In this document: one piece after another, positions 59,836-64,000 of the stretch
How the letters are laid out: each line of letters opens with the position of its first letter
Numbering within the stretch: the first letter of the stretch is position 1
Origin: Bugula neritina
Taxonomy: Eukaryota > Animalia > Bryozoa
DNA length: 64,000 bases
Direction of reading: 5' to 3'
Assembly: GCA_964035545.1 (NCBI GenBank)
Contig: OZ037768.1
Location: 310,001-374,000 of the forward strand
Translations under genes and position numbers: made by a program
Notes under the pieces: generated by a model
The model's input: the letters and a program-made list of their open reading frames with translations, nothing else
Database searches by the model: none
What the model was told of the DNA's origin: nothing

Positions 59836-62800
59836 ATGGCTAAAAGAAGTAACGCCCACATAAAAATGCCGCCAAGGTGGCTGAACTGTCCCAGGAAAAG
59901 TCAGCTGATAGCAGGTAAAACTTAAACCTCTTTTTCTCTATGATACAATATTAGGTTTTGCCTTCTTTTTCTAAGTCTTGCTTACAAAGTCTACCCACAC
60001 TGGCTTTCTATTGCAAGGTTTAGTTAAGAAGCATGTATGAAGTTGAAGACAACTCCTTTTTTACCTCTAAAGTATGAGAGCTTGTTTACAGATAAGTTCA
60101 TAGCCTTCAAGACCCCTCTGGACCACAGGTACGACGAGGAGGTGCCAGACGAGTGTAAGTTCAACATGCAGATGTTCATGTCGTCCACAAAGAATTCCTA
60201 TCACAGGGCTGTTGGACTCATAGTCGATCTCACAAATACCAAACGGTTTTATAATAAGGAGGAAGTGGAGTCTACTGGATGTAAATACGTGAAACTGCAG
60301 TGTAAAGGGTGGGTAACTTCTCTCTATGCACTTCTCTCTATACACTGTATGTTATATACTGTATACTGCTGCACTATATACTGCTGCACTATCAGGTAGT
60401 AGCTAATTGGTGTTTAACACTGACGTCTGCTTTCTTTTAGTCACGGTGAGACTCCAGACAGAGAGCAGACGGTGCTATTTATAGATGTGGTACACAAATT
60501 TATCCGACAGAAACCTCTTGAACTCATTGGTTAGTTATTTTATTCGTCTTCATGTGCTTTCTTTTGCCTTATAAGGTGATGAATTGTATATGTGTACATT
60601 GTCCTGTATTCCATGGTATGTCATTCTATTTCATTGTATTATATATCTATTGTTATCTTATATATACTATATTATATAACTATTCTCTCAAGGTATTCAC
60701 TGTACTGTAACTATTCTCTCAAGGTGTTCACTGTACTGTAACTATTCTCTCAAGGTGTTCACTGTACTGTAACTATTCTCTCAAGGTGTTCACTGTACTG
60801 TAACTATTCTCTCAAGGTGTTCACTGTACTGTAACTATTCTCTCAAGGTGTTCACTGTACTGTACCTATTCCCTCAAGGTGTTCACTGTACTGTAACTAT
60901 TCTCTCAAGGTGTTCACTGTACTGTAACTATTCTCTCAAGGTGTTCACTGTACTGTAACTACTCTCTCAAGGTGTTCACTGTACTGTAACTATTCTCTCA
61001 AGGTGTTCACTGTACTGTAACTATTCTCTCAAGGTGTTAACTGTATTGTAACTATTCTCTCAAGGTGTTCACTGTATTGTACCTATTCTCTCAAGGTGTT
61101 CACTGTATTGTAACTATTCTCTCAAGGTGTCCACTGTACTGTAACTATTCTCTCAAGGTGTTCACTGTACTGTACCTATTCCCTCAAGGTGTTCACTGTA
61201 CTGTAACTATTCTCTCAAGGTGTTCACTGTACTGTAACTATTCTCTCAAGGTGTTCACTGTACTGTAACTACTCTCTCAAGGTGTTCACTGTACTCATGG
61301 TTTCAACAGAACCGGATTCCTCATCTGCTCTTACTTAGTGGAGCAGATGGACTGGAGGTGAGTTGGTTATTCTCCTTCTCCCGCCTCCTACCCTCTCCTA
61401 TACCCTACCCTCTCCTATATCCTACCCTCTCCTATATCCTACCCTCTCCTATATCCTACCCTCCCCTATATCCTACTCTCTCCTATATCCTACTCTCTCC
61501 TATATCCTACCCTCTCCTATATCCTACCCTCCCCTATATCCTACTCTCTCCTATATCCTACTCTCTCCTATATCCTACCCTCTCCCGCCTTCTACCCTCT
61601 CCTATATCCTACCCTCTCTTATATCCTACCCTCTCTTATATCCTACCCTCTCCTATCCTGCCCTCTCTTATATCCTACCCTCTCCTATATCCTACTCTTT
61701 CCTATCCTACCCTCTCTCACCACTGCTGTAACTATTATTTGTCACGTGACATTGAAAAGTATTGCTAATTTTGAACATTTAGATAAATTTCTACTCTTGT
61801 TGTTGCAGCATAGAAGCGGCTGTGCATACTTTCTCACAGAGCAGATTTCCTGGCATATACAAAGGTGGTTACATAAAAGAGCTCTTCAAGACATACGGGG
61901 ACGTTGACGATGCCCCCGACGCCCCTCTCCTCCCTGATTGGTGTAATGGTGAGGTTTAGTGACTGAAATCATCTAATGGAATCACTACGTAATTGAGTAA
62001 CATGCTGAGCCTTATCACATGTAGACTATACATAGACCTAGTATATCTCTCGCAGGTATAACTGTTATCACATGTAGACTATACATAGACCTAGTATATC
62101 TCTCGCAGGTATAACTGTTATCACATGTAGACTATACATAGACCTAGTATATCTCTCGCAGGTATAACTGTTATCACATGTAGACTATACATAGACCTAG
62201 TATATCTCTCGCAGGTATAACTGTTATCACATGTAGACTATACATATACCTAGTATATCTCTCGCAGGTATAACTGTTATCACATGTAGACTATACATAG
62301 ACCTAGTGTATCTCTCGCAGGTATAACTGTTATCACATGTAGACTATACATAGACCTAGTATATCTCTCGCAGGTATAACTGTTATCACATGTAGACTAT
62401 ACATAGACCTAGTATATCTCTCGCAGGTATAACTGTTATCACATGTAGATTATACATAGACCTAGTATATCTCTCGCAGGTATATCTGTTATCACATGTA
62501 GACTATACATAGACCTAGTATATCTCTCGCAGGTATAACTGTTATCACATGTAGACTATACATAGACCTAGTATATCTCTCGCAGGTATAACTGTTATCA
62601 CATGTAGACTATACATAGACCTAGTATATCTCTCGCAGGTATAACTGTTATCACATGTAGACTATACATAGACCTAGTATATCTCTCGCAGGTATAACTG
62701 TTATCACATGTAGATTATACATAGACCTAGTATATCTCTCGCAGGTATATCTGTTATCACATGTAGACTATACATAGACCTAGTATATCTCTCGCAGGTA

Positions 62801-63334
62801 TAACTGTTATCACATGTAGACTATACATAGACCTAGTATATCTCTCGCAGGTATAACTGTTATCACATGTAGACTATACATAGACCTAGTATATCTCTCG
62901 CAGGTATAACTGTTATCACATGTAGACTATACATAGACCTAGTATATCTCTCGCAGGTATAACTGTTATCACATGTAGACTATACATAGACCTAGTATAT
63001 CTCTCGCATAACTGTTATCACAGTTTGTTCGATAGACAACTTTATAGTAACTGTATCTTTTGTTAAGGCAGTTATTGTTTGACCAAATAAATGCTCTCTG
63101 ATACTGGAGGAAAGATCACTTTGTATTATTAATTGTGACAGAGGATGAGGCCGCAGACTTAGATGATGATGGGAACGAGTTAGACGGTCCCACTGCTAGT
63201 AGGAAAAGAAGACAGGAGCCCGTCAAAGCCAACCCGACTTTCATGGCTGGTGTTGGTGGAGCCACAGCTATTACAGACCAGCCCAGACTTTCTGAGATTC
63301 AGCACAGAGTGCAGGACATGTGTGGGTGGAGCAA
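59836..63334 (+). CDS. RNGTT: mRNA capping enzyme (RNA triphosphatase/guanylyltransferase), 5' part; exons 59836-59914, 60092-60308, 60441-60529, 61282-61357, 61809-61948, 63142-63334; continues beyond the window
   Basis: [45 protein letters not shown], catalytic [24 protein letters not shown]. Confidence 0.95.
60678..61295 (+). repeat. 31-bp repeat spanning the RNGTT exon 4 acceptor (AACTATTCTCTCAAG|GTGTTCACTGTACTGT)
   Basis: 20 copies at 31-bp spacing, AG ending at 60692 ... 61281. Confidence 0.97.
61370..61718. repeat. 17-bp pyrimidine-rich repeat (CCTATATCCTACCCTCT), RNGTT intron 4
   Basis: Directly visible. Confidence 0.9.
62012..63021 (+). repeat. 53-bp minisatellite containing TCTCTCGCAG|GTATAA, RNGTT intron 5
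   Basis: About 19 near-identical copies. Confidence 0.97.
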
Positions 63335-64000
63335 GTGAGTACATGTGTAGGTGGAGCTAGTGAGTACATGTGTGAGTGGAGCTAGTGAGTACATGTGTGG
63401 GTGGAGCTAGTGAGTACATGTGTGGGTAGAGCTAGTGAGTACAGGACATGTGTGGGTGGAGCTAGTGAGTACATGTGTGGGTGGAGCTAGTGAGTACATG
63501 TGTGGGTGGAGCAAGTGAGTACATGTGTGGGTAGAGCTAGTGAGTACATGTGTGGGTGGAGCTAGTGAGTGCAGGACATGTGTGGGTGGAGCTAGTGAGT
63601 GCAGGACATGTGTGGGTGGAGCTAGTGAGTGCAGGACATGTGTGGGTGGAGCAAGTGAGTACATGTGTAGGTGGAGCTAGTGAGTACATGTGTGGGTGGA
63701 GCTAGTGAGTACATGTGTGGGTGGAGCTAGTGAGTTCAGGACATGTGTGGGTGGAGCTAGTGAGTGCAGGACATGTGTGGGTGGAGCAAGTGAGTACATG
63801 TGTAGGTGGAGCTAGTGAGTACATGTGTGGGTGGAGCTAGTGAGTACATGTGTGGGTGGAGCTAGTGAGTACATGTGTGGGTAGAGCTAGTGAGTACAGG
63901 ACATGTGTGGGTGGAGCTAGTGAGTACATGTGTGGGTGGAGCAAGTGAGTACATGTGTGGGTAGAGCTAGTGAGTTCAGGACATGTGTGGGTGGAGCTAG
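63316..64000 (+). repeat. 25/30-bp repeat spanning the RNGTT exon 6 donor (ACATGTGTGGGTGGAGCWA|GTGAGT)
   Basis: More than 20 copies, continuing off the edge. Confidence 0.95.

Noticed and set aside
60678-63021. Regularly spaced 31-53 bp repeats resembling CRISPR arrays
   Set aside because: No unique spacers, no cas genes, eukaryotic intron context.

Overview
AT-rich, gene-dense genomic DNA of a metazoan invertebrate with GT-AG spliceosomal introns; the taxon cannot be fixed from the sequence alone. Manual splicing gives seven protein-coding genes: PEX12 (first coding exon only, -, missed by the ORF track), SMC5 (+, 22 exons, ~1054 aa), COX10 (-, 6 exons), MEX3 (+, 2 coding exons), COG1 (-, 24 exons, ~959 aa), ELMO (+, 4 coding exons) and RNGTT/mRNA capping enzyme (+, first 6 exons, runs off the end). 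Two 5'-truncated CR1/L2-like LINE fragments are also present. The dominant unusual feature is that many internal introns of the housekeeping genes each carry their own private minisatellite, and at least a dozen of these arrays are amplified copies of the splice junction itself. They give up to 20 acceptors or more than 20 donors in a row, and in the larger cases checked only the exon-proximal copy keeps the reading frame (e.g. 20 copies of the acceptor plus catalytic Cys codon of the capping enzyme). Other signals: six tandem RFX X-box matches in an SMC5 intron, a near-perfect 141-bp palindrome, degenerate 6-bp-periodic AT-rich DNA around gene 5' ends, and higher-order repeat structure. Most long ORFs in the ORF track are repeat-translation artefacts.
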